Origin: Euglena gracilis
Taxonomy: Eukaryota
Reading direction: 5' to 3'
Length of the DNA: 64,000 bases
Assembly: GCA_039621445.1 (NCBI GenBank)
Contig: CP154954.1
Span: 41,843,572 to 41,907,571 of the forward strand
The notes beneath the pieces are model-generated. The model was given only the letters and a program-made list of their open reading frames with translations, made no database searches and was not told the origin of the DNA. A program made the position numbers and the translations under genes. Below are positions 51,677-64,000 of the stretch, piece by piece; position 1 is the first letter of the stretch, and each line of letters begins with the position of its first letter.

Positions 51677-52748
51677 CACTGAAAAAAAACCGATACAAAA
51701 CGGCCAAACTGCCAACAAAGCAAAGAAAAAAAACTTGTGCGAAAAATGCACGAAAAAATGTGAAAACACATTGCCCCTGATTCGTGACCGGTAGTCTCTT
51801 TGTTATCAAAAGCAACCTGCCTCAGCCCGGCCTTGCCCGGCCAGGTCTCCCCGGATGTCCGGGCGGTCCAATGGCCCGGCCCGGCCTGGGCTTAATTTAC
51901 CTTCTCCAGGCATTTTGCTTGATTTTGCTTCTTTCGAGGATTATTATGGGGATTTTGCGGGTTTTCGAGCCTAAATATGGCCAAAAAATGGGCCGAAATT
52001 GGCCGTTCCTCAGGGCCAGGTGGTTGATTTGGAAACAGGTAAAAGTCACCACACAATGTGGGAGCGGTTCCCAGGGCTTGGCTTTTAGGTCGCCGAACAT
52101 TCATCCTTTGATTTCTGCGATTTTAATAAACACTGGACCAAATGACAAAATCGATTTTTGTGGGAAAACGGTATAATAAAAAGCCCGGAGGATTGTTTGG
52201 GCCGTAAATGGCCACATCTCGTGCTAAAAAGCACTGAAAAAAACCGAAACAAAACTGCCAAAAAGCAAAGAAAAACTTGTGCGAAAAAATGCACGAAAAA
52301 TGTGAAACACATTCCCCTGATTCGTGCTGAGCTCTTTGTTATCAAAAGCAACATGCCTCAGCCCGGCCTTGCCCGGCCAGGTCTGGAGGCCGGGCGGTCC
52401 AATGGCCCGGCCCGGCCTGGGCTTAATTTACGTCTCCAGGCATTTTGCTTGATTTTGCTTCTTTTCGAGATATTTGGGATTTTGCGGGTTTTCGAGCCTA
52501 AATATGGCCCAAAATGGGCCGAAAATTGGCCGTTCCTCAGGCCAGGTGGTGATTTGGAAACAAAAGTCACCACACAATGTGGAGCGTTCCCAGGGCTTTC
52601 TTTTAGGTCGCCGGACATTCCTTTTGATTCTGCGCCATTTTTAATAAACACTGGACAAATCGATTTTTGACCCAGAAATGGTGGAAAACGGTATAATAAA
52701 AAGCCCGTGAGGCTGTTTTGGGCCGTAAATTGGCCACATCTCGTGCTA
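51677..52748. repeat. Tandem duplication, ~550-bp unit x2
   Basis: 51677-52226 repeated at 52232-52748; second copy has many small deletions. Confidence 0.9.
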
Positions 52749-53906
52749 GGTGGAGAGTTGCGGGAAATCAAAATATCGTCAGATAAAGCCTTTTTAAGGG
52801 CTTCAATTAGACAACCGTTAGATAAAGCCTTTAATTCAGATTTCTGGACATTTTGTTTGGTTTTGCTTCATTTTTGAGATGTTTGGCATTCGCGATTTTC
52901 TGGTCCAAAAAAAAAAATGGCCCGAAATGGGCCCGAAAATGGCCGTTTCTCAGGCCAAGCGGGGAGCTATGGGAAAATCAAAATACAGTTAGATAAAGCG
53001 GTCTAAAGGCTTTGTTTGATGTCACAAACATTTCCTTTCATTTTTGGCTTCTTTTCCAAGTTAGTTTGAAAGGGGTTTTTTTGCCCATTTTGGCTTAAAT
53101 GGGCCGAAAAACGTGTCAAAAATCGAGGCTGTGGATTTGGGGCGTAACTTTTGCCAGCCGAAGATGCCGGGAAAGCCAGGTACCGCAAGCAAGCAAACAT
53201 GATGTAACCTCCCATGTAATTTACGTAATATTGATGACGTGATAATTTTAGATGGAGCTCCCCTGGTCCAACTAGTTTGTTCGCCGGGGGCCTTCAGCCG
53301 ACTGAATTTTATTGCATTTTCCTTGGTTCCCCAAGCCACCCTGGAGGGGCGGTGTGCCGGAGGGGTGGTTATTTGATTAGGGTTAAAATAGGTCAGGGAG
53401 GTCCTTAAGCATAAAAAGGTTCCCAGCACATTCAATGAAAAAACCACAGGAAAAATGGTCCATATTTTGGCAAAACGGGTCGACTTCGAGGGGAAAACAT
53501 GATTTCTGGTATTCTTGGACCATCGCCCATCCATCCAAAATGTCAAAATTTTTTTTTTTCAACTTTTTCATATTTTTACTCCATTCGAGCCCTTGACCAT
53601 CGACCGGCCCTTGGGCCCAAGGGCGATCCTAAAGCGGCGGTCCTTAAACAAAAAAAATCATCCAAAAGAATCACCCGTCCCTTGTGGACCGCCCTGGTTA
53701 GGGTTAAAGTCAGTGTTAAGAATGGGGTAAGGTCACGACCTTCTATTACGCTTCAGGACTAATTTACAATGAAATTTCGGCCCGACTTCGGCCTCACTTT
53801 TGGCCTAAATACCAGCCATAATCTGAACATGTGTTGTCTTTTCCCTTAAACAGGAGTGGCAGGAGGTTCCAATCAAGACATTTTGTTTCTGCAGAAAGCA
53901 CTGGTC

Positions 53907-54145
53907 GCGCTGTAGCTCACCGTCCATCCAGCGGGCCCAGTACTGGCTGAAGAGGCCCAAGGCGAATGCCCGGGAGCGTGCGGACGCCACAGGCTTCTGA
54001 ACCTTCTTTCCGGCGACCCGCCGGGCGAAACATCTCTTGACAAGCTTCAGCTGCAGGCCTGGCAGTAATGAAAAGATTCTCTGCTCCGGCAGACCCCGCC
54101 GGTGCAGGTCGTAAAACACCTCAGACGTGCTGCCGAACACAGAGT
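53907..54145 (-). CDS. Host Myb/SANT-domain gene, exon
   Basis: SVFGSTSEVFYDLHRRG...QYWARWMDGELQR; bounded by two CAG/CTG-type introns. Confidence 0.75.
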
Positions 54146-54263
54146 CCGACCATGCTTGTGCTTACCGACCGGGGGGGGGGAGGTGGGTGCTATAGGGTGC
54201 CTGCCCCTAACACCCCCCCACCCCCTCGGTGGGGTAGGCACCCGACTAAGCACAAGCCTGAGT
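54146..54263 (-). other. Nonconventional (non-GT-AG) intron, 118 bp: a MITE plus one target-site copy
   Basis: act-CAGGCTTGTGCTTA...TAAGCACAAGCATG-gtcgg; removal gives LQGWSDSVFGSTSEVFYD in frame. Confidence 0.75.
54151..54260. mobile_element. hAT-type MITE, 110 bp
   Basis: 14-bp TIRs catgcttgtgctta / taagcacaagcctg (1 mismatch); perfect 8-bp TSD agtccgac at 54143-54150 and 54261-54268. Confidence 0.92.
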
Positions 54264-54444
54264 CCGACCATCCCTGCAACACGTGAATTCTCTCGGTCGA
54301 TGTCAGGTCCTTCGTCGCCTCGGCTTTCGCAGTGACTGGCTGTCCAACGTGCACGTTGGTGGCCGCCGCCGCCGCCACCACCACCTGCAGCCGTGCCTCC
54401 CGGACGGTCTCGGCGGCCAGCAAGGGGCAGCAGAAGATGTCCAT
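54264..54444 (-). CDS. Host Myb/SANT-domain gene, first recognisable coding exon
   Basis: ATG at 54444 (start uncertain), GC-rich codons, pyrimidine tract plus CAG acceptor at 54480; joins the next exon in frame. Confidence 0.7.
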
Positions 54445-55424
54445 TTGTGAGGCGATCAGCTTTAGGTTTTGCAGGGCACCTGTGGGCGAAAGACAAACTC
54501 TTGCGGGGGCCCACACTAAGGGGAAAAGCATGGAGGCACATGTTTGGAAACAGGCGAAAGTTTGCAAAACCGGTGGCTCACAGGCGCATTTTTAGCACTG
54601 CTGTTGGCACGCGGACAGTTCAACGATAATCACGTCAGGGAAGATGATAGAAATCCTTCAAATATAATATCACCCGATTTTTTTTTGAACCCCTCCCAAA
54701 CAGCATGGCAGGCAGGGGTCCTTGAGAAACTCCCTGCCCGGCGTCATAAATGGATCCATGCGTGAATTTTTCAGAAACAAACACAACTTGAACGCTCTTT
54801 TGTGTCGTCGTCACATGCTTTCTTTAAGGAGGGGGGCCTGTCCAACTGAGGGGGTGGGGGTTGGAAAGGCAGCAATGACCAAGGGCAAGGGAGCCCATAT
54901 GGCTGGAAGTGTTGTTCCATTTAAAGGGGGGTGTCCAGCCGGTTGCTGGCTGGGCCTCCTCCCCACTAGGGGTGGGGCGTCTGGTCCGACCAAATACTGG
55001 GCTGGGCACAGCTGGTGCCCAAAAACTTTCAAAACAACCCAAATCCAGCTTGGTTGGCATTTTCAGCCAAAATTTTGGACACTCACCTTAAACCTCTGTT
55101 CAAACTTTTTATGCTTTGGGCCGAAATTTTGTCAATCCAGCCTGCCTCCGCCAGGCTGGAAAAACCAGACTCGCCGGGGTGGAAAGACTCGCCGGGGGGG
55201 GGGTCCACAGCCCAGCTGGAAGGTGTTGGCTGGAAAAAAAAAGCTACTGGACCCCGGGTTCCGGATTAAGGGATTCCTTGCCCTGAGAAATTTACACATT
55301 TTGAACACAATATTCTGAAAGACCAGAATAAATAGAGCCTGCTGACACGAACAGAACTTTTGTGGGGGGTCAGGGATAATAAGGGAAACCAGAGGAGGGG
55401 TTTGAACCCCCTCCCAACGCAAAA

Positions 55425-55634
55425 GCACAAAGGGGGTGGGGATCCCAAAAGGCGCCATACTTCTCCATATTTTGGTTCCAAAGCATTTTGTAAGAAGCTA
55501 AAACGCCATGGAACTTCAGGCCACCAAAGCCAGGGATTAAAAGCATAGCACAGCATGCATTACGGGCCTGAGCCCTTGAAATTGAAAAAGTTGAATTAAA
55601 GCGTCAACCACTTGGTCAGTGGTGGCTGCAGGGG
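55425..55634 (-). pseudogene. Isolated fragment of a family-2 DIRS YR N-terminal region
   Basis: Nucleotide similarity to 12310-12510 (TTDQVVDALIQLF; WNQNMEKYGAFWDP). Confidence 0.85.
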
Positions 55635-58600
55635 AATCGGAGGCCCCTTGTTGACCCCCCCCCTCAAAACTGACAACGCCTATTTTTCATTTGGTTTAAG
55701 AGCCAACCGAAATTGAAAATAAATGCGAGAATTTGTTGGAAGAACCCTGATTTCCTTGAGAAATTACCGAAAACTGCTATATTATGCACTTTTTTCATCT
55801 TTCTCCAGGGAAACACGATGATACAAAAAACACAAGCAAGAAACCCAGCGGCAATTCAGTTTGGAAAGAATACCAAAACTGTTGGCCACCAAAAAAGATA
55901 CAATTACACAAATTCACCTACCCTTTTCCCCACACTGTTTGCTGTAGAATTGCAGCAAAAAATAATTGACATCTATTTCTCCTTAAAAATACATTCAATA
56001 AAAATATTAAAACAAAAAATTCCTGTCATTCCTGCTCCTCGTACTTCTTATCGCTCTTTCCAAAATGGGGCTGACAAAAAATTATGGATGCATTTAATTT
56101 CCATAACTGCTTTCAAATGTCGACAAGGAAACAAGAAAGCAAAAAAAAAAAACTGGGAAACTGAGAAAAATGATTTTGGAGAAATAGGCTTTGCATTTCA
56201 TTCCAAAAAACTTTTGGACAAAAAATAATCTGCAATTTTGTCACGTGGTTTTTGCCAAATATGGCGAAGAAATGTTTTCAAAAAAGCACTTCTTTTCCAA
56301 AAAAAACTCTCTGTCTCACTCCTTTTGGGGAAAAAAGAACGACACAGAGCTACACACTATATTTTTCTTCTTCAAATTTTCATTATTGGAAACACATCGT
56401 ATGCCGAAAAGCAACCGTCTTTTTCGAAAACTTCTTTGCAAAAAATCACCAAGATTCCGCTTTTCTGTAGAGAAAAATCCCCTGGGAGCTCATGAACAAC
56501 TGAAAGAAAAGCAAAATATTTGCATATATGTGTATATATAATATAATAGGAAAAAAGAAATCAGTCCCAAGAAAAGACAAAAAAGGATAAAACATTGAAA
56601 GTTCACAAAAAATAAGTTTAATTGCCACAGAATATGCAATGAGCAAATGAGCGAAATTTGAAGGTGATGTGAAAAACCTGGAAAAATTGCGATTTTCACA
56701 ACCTATCTCTGACGCTCAACAGCGGAAGAGAATATTTCATGGCTTTAGTTTTCTTCTTAGGAGGGGAACATCTCAATTCGGAGTTGTTGTCGACCCCCCC
56801 CCACTTGGGCATCACTTCGATCACTGAAAGAACGTCTTCATTTCCCAAGGAAAATGGTTATTTTTTTCGTACCAGGCTTCTTTTAACTTGGAAGACCCCC
56901 GGGGGTGTTCCAAATTAAAAGAAGGCTCTGGTATGAGAAAATAAACACATGTTGCGCAAAACAATTGCAAACCTTGGGACCAGATGAAAATGAAAAGGAA
57001 ATGTGAAGAAAATGTTCCGTGTATTACAGACATTGCGCCATGATGCAAACAATGCAACAATATTTTTGTTTGTTGGGATTCGCTGGATTGCTGTGGGACA
57101 GAAAGAATAAGGTCTCTAATCAACATCCGAAGCTGCCGAGGACTCACCTTTTAGAATGAACTCTGGACTAAGCCCTCTTGCTGGGTTAAAAAGGCAGCAA
57201 AACTTAAGACTTCAACTGAATTGTCTCATGTAACCACTTGCAGAAAAAAAATGCAAAAATCAGGACTAAAATCACACCATTTGGTCCAGCAAATGAAGCA
57301 AATGCAAACAAGAAAACTCGGGGGTGAGGTCAAGGAGGGGCCTGGCTGGCCAAAGACGCAGCAGGCAAGGGCAGGCTAACGCAGACAGAAAACCATCATC
57401 GGTGGCAGTCAAACATAAAATCATTCAGGCCGCAGGTGGCTTGTGACATGAGAAATGCTGCAAACCCGCCTGAAATAATCGTGGCCATCCTTGGGGTCAC
57501 AGAACCCTCTCTTCAAACACTTACACGGCCGGGAATGCACTTTTCTTTACGAGTCACAAAATTTAGGCAGTTTTATTGAAAATGCGCATCCGCGCATTTC
57601 CGAAGCGGAGTGCGCAGGTGCGCATTTTGGATGGCTTGTCTCTTCGAGACTGGGTGTGAACACCACAAAAATGAGCTGATTGGATTTAACACGACCACAG
57701 GGACAACCCCTGTTTACTGGTTCAACTACATATCATGTTGTTTACAGCTGTTTCATGACGACTGTGGTACAGTGCGTGGCTGGACACACACTGGGCACAC
57801 TCCACACGACATGTGGAACACGGGTGACGCAGGACAACCTGGATCTGGGTGTGCCACCTTGTGTTCACAAATGCGTGCTGATGGCTCCTGGGGGCAGGGC
57901 CTGGCGAACCTGGGATGAGCATGGGAAGGAACTCTTTGCAGCCACAGAGACACAGCCCTCCCCAGATCGAAACATTTGGGGTGTTACCGAGTATCAGGGC
58001 TGACGAATGTGCACCTGCGCATTTTTTGGAAACCTCAAAGAATGCGCAGGTGCGCATTTTTTTGGAATGGACACAGGCTGTGGGAAGGGGGGGGATATGC
58101 ACACGCGCATTGACTATGAAGGACACACTGGGTATGGCCTGTTGTTTGCCTGCCATGGATGCCAGCTGTGCACCGCTATGATGTGGTTTCGGGCTTGTAG
58201 AACATGGGTGTGTGGGGGGGATGAACCAACAGAATCACCCTGGGCAACCATGTCGCGGTACCAGACCACACCCTGAAACATGGCACCTGCAGCAGCATGG
58301 AAAACCCTGGGCCTGGCGATGGCAGGTGCCAAGGCACAAATTCATGTCCTTCAGTGACAGGGGAACTGCCCCCCTGCAGCTCAAGTCATTGAACAAATCA
58401 GAATGCGCACCTGCGCATTCGACTTGCCGCTGCAGTCCAGTGCCCAGCCCAGCCTACGCTGCTCTCATAAACGTGTGGAGCACGTCACAACGCACAGGCA
58501 ACGGTCCCCCACCCGGCGGAGGTGATGGGCAGGTTGCTGCCAGCGTTGTCCGACCCCACGCCCCAGAGCGTGCATGGCAGCACACAGCCAATGGCCGCAC

Positions 58601-61600
58601 TGAACAACCTTACATTGGGCTGCAGTACACGGTGCCAGGAGCACTGTGCCCCACAATTAGGGTCAACGCAGGGGGTTGTGTCTGGTTCCACACACAGTGC
58701 TCACGGGGTTGGCACCCCGAGAGCGAAACACGCCTGTCACCACCTTCGGCATCATTCCCAAAAAACGGTCTGTAAACACAGAATTAATTCACAATCCAAA
58801 TGGACTCAAAGAAGCGAACACCACTGGTTAGTCCTTGCCCAGTCCCTGCCCAAATTTTATCCAGGCCCTTGAGACCGTGAGACGGGCACAAACACACCAC
58901 AACAAAAACTTGCCGATAAACCCAGAATTTTTTCCGTTCTGCTTTTTCTGTGTATTCCACTGTGTCGTACCAAGGGAAAATGGATGAGAAAAAGACTTCA
59001 GTGCCCGAGGAAATTCCTCAGTGACGGGCACCCTAATTCCCAACTGCAGTCAGCAGTCTTTCATGGCATGAGTGAAAAGCTGGTGAATGCGTAGATGCGC
59101 AAGAAATCGTCCTGTGCCTTTCTTTGAATGACAGCCACACCGTCGAATATTCACTCCCAGTTGGTTATTCCTCTACCCACGCCAACTCCCCCCCACCTGG
59201 CCTGGGTTTGAAACCACAAGGCTGAGGTGTGACCTCCCTGCGAGGATCGAATGGTGTCCGAGGACGAGGCAGCCCTGGAGCGAAGCACGGCAGAGGAGGA
59301 CCACCACCTGTGGCCTTGCTGGCAACAAACGTCACCCACCACACAGAACCCTTATTTATCATGAACTCAGAGTCGACGCTCCAACACTGCAAACTACACA
59401 ACCCCTGGCAAAGGGACCAGGGAAAGCACATATGCACACACCTTCTCCACACACCCCATCCGCAATGGCTGCAGTCAAACATGGCACATCGGGGTGAATG
59501 CGCACATGTGCATTCCCTTCTTGTGTCTCCCCTTAAAGCACCCTGGTGGGAGGTTGCTACGCAGGGCCATGTCAAACAACTCAGCACACAAGGTGGAGGC
59601 ACAGCCCAGGAGACATACACCCTACTCTGGCGGGCATCCTCCTGTGCAATGAGATGCCTCTGAAATCGTTGACAAAAAGGCCAGTAGTGCACCATGGGGG
59701 TGGCCCTGCCACAATGCTGTGCTGGCACTGGGTTCAAGGGTGCGAGACACAGCTCCCCTCAACACAGAGCATGCGCACCTGCGCACTCCTCCTCATGAAA
59801 TGCGCAGTTGCGCACTATTGTGGATCCCCAGCCCTGCTACCCTCCTCATCTCCTGCAGATAGAATCACACAGCCAGCGAGGTTGCATATGGCTTCGAATT
59901 GTTTGATGCCGAAAAGTCAGCAATTTTGGCCAATTTTGGCGTGGTATCTGGACCATTGCCCGGCCACAAAACCGAAACCCGGCCCCCCTTCAGTTTCGAG
60001 GCGGGAGAGGGGGGGGGTCGACCCCCCCCCCCTCAAGGCTTTCCATACATCCCTGGGTGGGGGAGGGGAGGCAGTTGCGTTTCGATCAAACGTCCCAATG
60101 AGGCCCAACCCAGCCCTACGCCAGAGTCCTCAATGTGACATTGCGACACACAACACGGGGGCTGAGCGGGGGCTGCCACCGCCACTGACAAGCCTCCCCC
60201 GGCGGTCCCTTTCCGACCAGTGCCTGCCTCTCCGTGTTGTGAATGGGGGCACTGGCTGACTGGCCAACGGGGGGCCCCCCCCCCCCCCCCCGGCAAGGCC
60301 TCGCTGGGCCCAAGGAGACGCGGGACGCCTCGATGCGGCTGCTGTTCCAGCCTTCCACCTCCCTGTCCTACAGCCTGGCCCCCAACTCACAGGCGCCCTT
60401 TTCTCCCGCCGCCTCACCCACCCCCCCCCCCTTCCGGGGTGTGTCAGGGTCCCTATTGTAAGGCCTGTCTGATGACAGTTTTCTGGGGGGGGTCTGGCTA
60501 AATTTCTATTTCAGCCATCCCTTTCTGCATGTATGGCATGCAAACAGTCTCAGCCTGCTGCCTCATTTTATTCGGATTTTTTTTGACAATTTTGGTGTGG
60601 ATCGTAAATCAAGGAGTTGTTGGTCGAAATCCAAACTCCGAATGCCCTCCTGGCGATTTTTTTTGGAAATCTTCAAAACACAGTTTCTTTTTATGGAAAC
60701 AGGGTATCAACAAGGAAGGGGTCCAAGAAACCGGTGTTGTGTTTTTTTGGGGTTACCCACCCTGAAAAATCAAATTCTCTGGGATTTGGGTGTTCTTATC
60801 CCCCACCCACCCGTGCTACAAAGGATCAGCAAAATCTCTGGGTGGACTGGTTGACATACGGGCAGTTGAGGGGGCGATTGCCAAGGGGTAATCCCCTCCA
60901 AATATAACCAATTTTGTAACCGATTTTCGGTTTAAGGGACGGCGCAAAGCGCCAAACTGAAGTCCCCCCCCCCCGATCAGCAAAACTGTGAAATCGCCAG
61001 TTTTGGGCACATCCCCTCCCAAATGGCACAGGCTGGACCATCCAATGGGGAATTAGAAGACTGGACCACTGACAGCTTCCTTTCCGCTTGAGGTATTTTT
61101 GTGGATTTCGTGAAAACTGATTTTGGTTTTTTTCTTATTGTGTCATTCTTGGGGGGACCTGTGTTGCATGACGTTTTCTTTCGTTGGAGAAAATGTTTTT
61201 TCCATGTCTCTGCCAACATAATTTCGAACAGCCAAAATTTTCGCTCAGGGTCCCAATTTTTTGGGGCTGTTATTGAAACCCCTCTCTAATGCAAAAGCAA
61301 GGCCAACTTTGACAAGCCTTTCAACCCAGCCAATCCCAAGCCAGGGGCCAGCCAGCAACGCCTCCGTAACGTACCCCGTGGTCAGGGAGGCCCCCGCCAG
61401 GGCGGGCCGGCTGGGGGCGGGCCGGCCTCCCTGCCGCCGGCGTTCGGCACGCCGTGGGAGGCGCCGTGGCACGCCGCGGTCTGCCGGCAGGGCGGGCGGG
61501 ACGCCCCGTGCCTCAAGCCACGGGTGGCGCGCCTCAACTTCGACGGCTCGGCGGACTCGCTGCCCCGGATCCTGCTGAGAAGCCGCCCAGGCGCTCCCCT

Positions 61601-62793
61601 CGACCCATGGCCTTGGCAAAGCACCTGCCGGGGTTCAAGCAGCCAGGATATCACTTTTTGTGGAGTGCCAACTCTGCTCTGCAGCATCCAAGAAAAATGA
61701 ATTTGGCCAAAAACTTCACGGCTGATGGCTAAGTGGATGGACATGGGCGCATTCAAAGATTTGATGAGTCACTCCCAGCTCCCGAAGTCGCGGTTCAACC
61801 TCCCGAGCAATGCGCACGCGCATGTGTGTGCCAAACTGCAAAGTCAAGAAAAACACAGAAACAATCGCAGAGACGTTTAGAAAGACCACAGCCATCTGCA
61901 CCCTTTCCAAGGCTCTGGTGCAATTGTTGCTTTTGGTGTGAGCAGAGCTCTTCCATTTCCGGCTGGCACGATTGCTCTTGGTACCTCCGCAAGATGGCTC
62001 GGCCATAGTTTCAAAATAGGTGCCCACCGCACATTGGTGGGTGCCGAGAGTATTAGCCACCCATGGACAGGCGTCATATGACGCGCACCACACAGTGGTC
62101 CCTTCGTTTCGGCCTCATTCAAGTGCCCCGGCTTTTCATCATGTGTGGGCCGGGGGGTGCGGGCCCGGACGCATTGGGGGAAGGGGCCTGCCGGTGATGC
62201 AGCTCCGACGCCATCCTGACGGGCAACTGTGCGCGGGCAGCAGAGATGACGCCCAGGGGTTCCGGGTACGGAACACAGACGCACAGAGAGGGTGGGGTCG
62301 CTTTTCCGGGGTGGTTCCCCATGTGTTGCACATACACATGACCCTGGCGATGCGTCCCAGACGAACGCAATGTGTCGCAGGGGGGGGTTGGAGGTGTGGC
62401 TGGAGGGGGGCCGTGGGCGGAGAGCGCAAGGTTCACAAGTTCCAGCGCCCGGCCGGGCGAGCCGCCCCCCCCCCCCCGGCCCCTGCGACCGATGCAGTGG
62501 TCGCGCAAGGTCGCTCGGGCCCACGCCCTCCCCGCCTCGGGCCCGTCCACCGCCTCCGACCGCGGGGCTGCCTAGTGGCACAGCGGCTTCAAACGAGCCA
62601 AACAAATGGTGGGTCACGCCACCTGGTGTTGGGGATCACGCCACCTGGTGTGGGGGTCACGCCACCTGGTGTGACCCCACACCCCTGTTCCATTGGGACA
62701 GGGTCGAGCCTTGACGTTGGGCCACCCAAAGCCGCAGCCTGTCGAGTGCTGGCGGAATTGCCGGGCTTTTGACTGGGGGGTGGGGGGGGGCAG

Positions 62794-62890
62794 CCCGGCT
62801 CCCGTGACGACCAGCTGCGGGCCCTCCTGCGGCGGCGGGCCAGCCCGGACGGGGTGGTCATGCTGACGACGTCCACCATCGGGTACCTGG
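62794..62890 (+). CDS. Candidate exon, possibly a nucleotide-diphospho-sugar transferase (GT77-like)
   Basis: DQLRALLRRRASPDGVVMLTTSTIGYL recalls the start of that family's catalytic domain; another GC-rich plus-strand candidate exon at ~61345-61584. Confidence 0.3.
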
Positions 62891-64000
62891 GGCCAGCCTC
62901 CGGCCTGGAAGCGGATGGGCTCTGCAGAATGGAGTCAGCGGAGGATCAACATAAAATTCAGCACACGCCCACATTCACGCATTCATGCGCACACACGCGC
63001 GCACACGCACATACACACACAAACACACACGCGCGCGCACACACACCCATGCACAGACACGTATTACGCACGCACGCACGCACACGGACGCCCATGCGTG
63101 CGCACACACAGATAACCATGATGTGAGTTGTCATCCCTAGATTCAAGGTTGGGAACGATGTCCCTGCAGTGTCCATGTCCACATCACGGCAGAGTTATCA
63201 AATTGGATTTCATTTTCTTATTTGCCCATTTCTGTCACCCTTTCAGCGCCATTAGCCCTATCAGCACTATCACCCTGTGTGTTTAATTCCCTTTTAACCC
63301 CCAGAACAACGGGAAGAGAATCCATGGCACCAGCATCGCCTCCACGTTAGGTTTGATACGACCAATGACGTGTTTATTTTGAGACTTTTGTTGATTTTGT
63401 TGTCCTTCTCCGCCATCTTTTTCTTCGCGACTTGTCCCCCCCAGAAGCGTCTTTGAAAAAGCTTGTGCAGTTGTTGGCTTATGTTGTTCACCACACAGGC
63501 TTCTTTCGGATTTCCTCTGGCTTCAGTGTACAAGCAGGGCAGATGGATGTCACAGCAGATGACGTAAGAATGCGAAAACAATTTTTGGCAAAATTGATTT
63601 TTTCTTGTATTTCCCCTTGTCTGGTGACTTTTTCCCTCGCTTTCATTTTTTTTTCAATAGTTTTTCATTTCACTTGCACAATGTTGCATTTATCCCAGTC
63701 TTTCACAATTCCCTCCAAAATGTTCAATTTCCCACAATTCCCTGCAGTTTTTTGAAATTTCCGAAATTTTTTGGAAGATTTCTATAAGTTCTCCCAATAA
63801 ACGGCCATTTTTTAATACTTTCCTCACATTTTGTGTGTGTTTTTTTTGTCCGCTTCCTTAGCGCGATTATGTGGGTCCAAACATGCCCAAACTCACATCC
63901 AACCAATTGTGCCTGTGTTTTGAGGGCTCACCCACACCCCAAATGGAGCGGCAACAGCCACCAATCAGCCAGAGCGGAAGTTGGGAGGTTGTAAACCCCC

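Larger units (their letters stand above)
45082..53906 (-). other. Nonconventional intron, 8825 bp
   Basis: gac-CAGTGCTTTCTG...CAGAAAGGCCTG-tcagg (10 of 12 complementary); joins GELQR|EYGLNLRG in frame; the nearby GT-AG alternative hits a stop. Confidence 0.65.

Noticed and set aside
51677-52748. Biologically meaningful duplication
   Set aside because: The second copy differs mainly by scattered small deletions, typical of an uncorrected read or assembly artefact
61585-61632. Further nonconventional intron (CAGGCGCT...AGCACCTG) in the plus-strand gene
   Set aside because: Stem is 7 of 8, but the joined frame stops soon after and cannot be validated

Overview
Repeat-rich eukaryotic DNA, probably a euglenid (inferred from intron structure). 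Many single-base indels in homopolymer runs suggest long-read assembly error. Bases 5563-27420 hold a dense cluster of DIRS1-type tyrosine-recombinase (YR) retrotransposons: five copies (A-, B-, C+, D+ nested in C, E+) from two families. Between them they show gag-like, RT, RNase H, N6-adenine methyltransferase (NPPW) and YR coding regions, inverted terminal repeats (ITRs) and an internal complementary region (ICR). Nested in the cluster are a 1027-bp TRIM whose LTRs carry a tRNA-derived Pol III promoter and a ~135-bp miniature DIRS. The right half contains a minus-strand host gene with a Myb/SANT domain. Its frame is restored by removing three non-GT-AG introns with CAG at +4 and CTG (once ATG) at -8. 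One intron is exactly a hAT-type MITE plus one copy of its perfect 8-bp target duplication. The rest is MITEs, microsatellites, tandem duplications and low-confidence exons.
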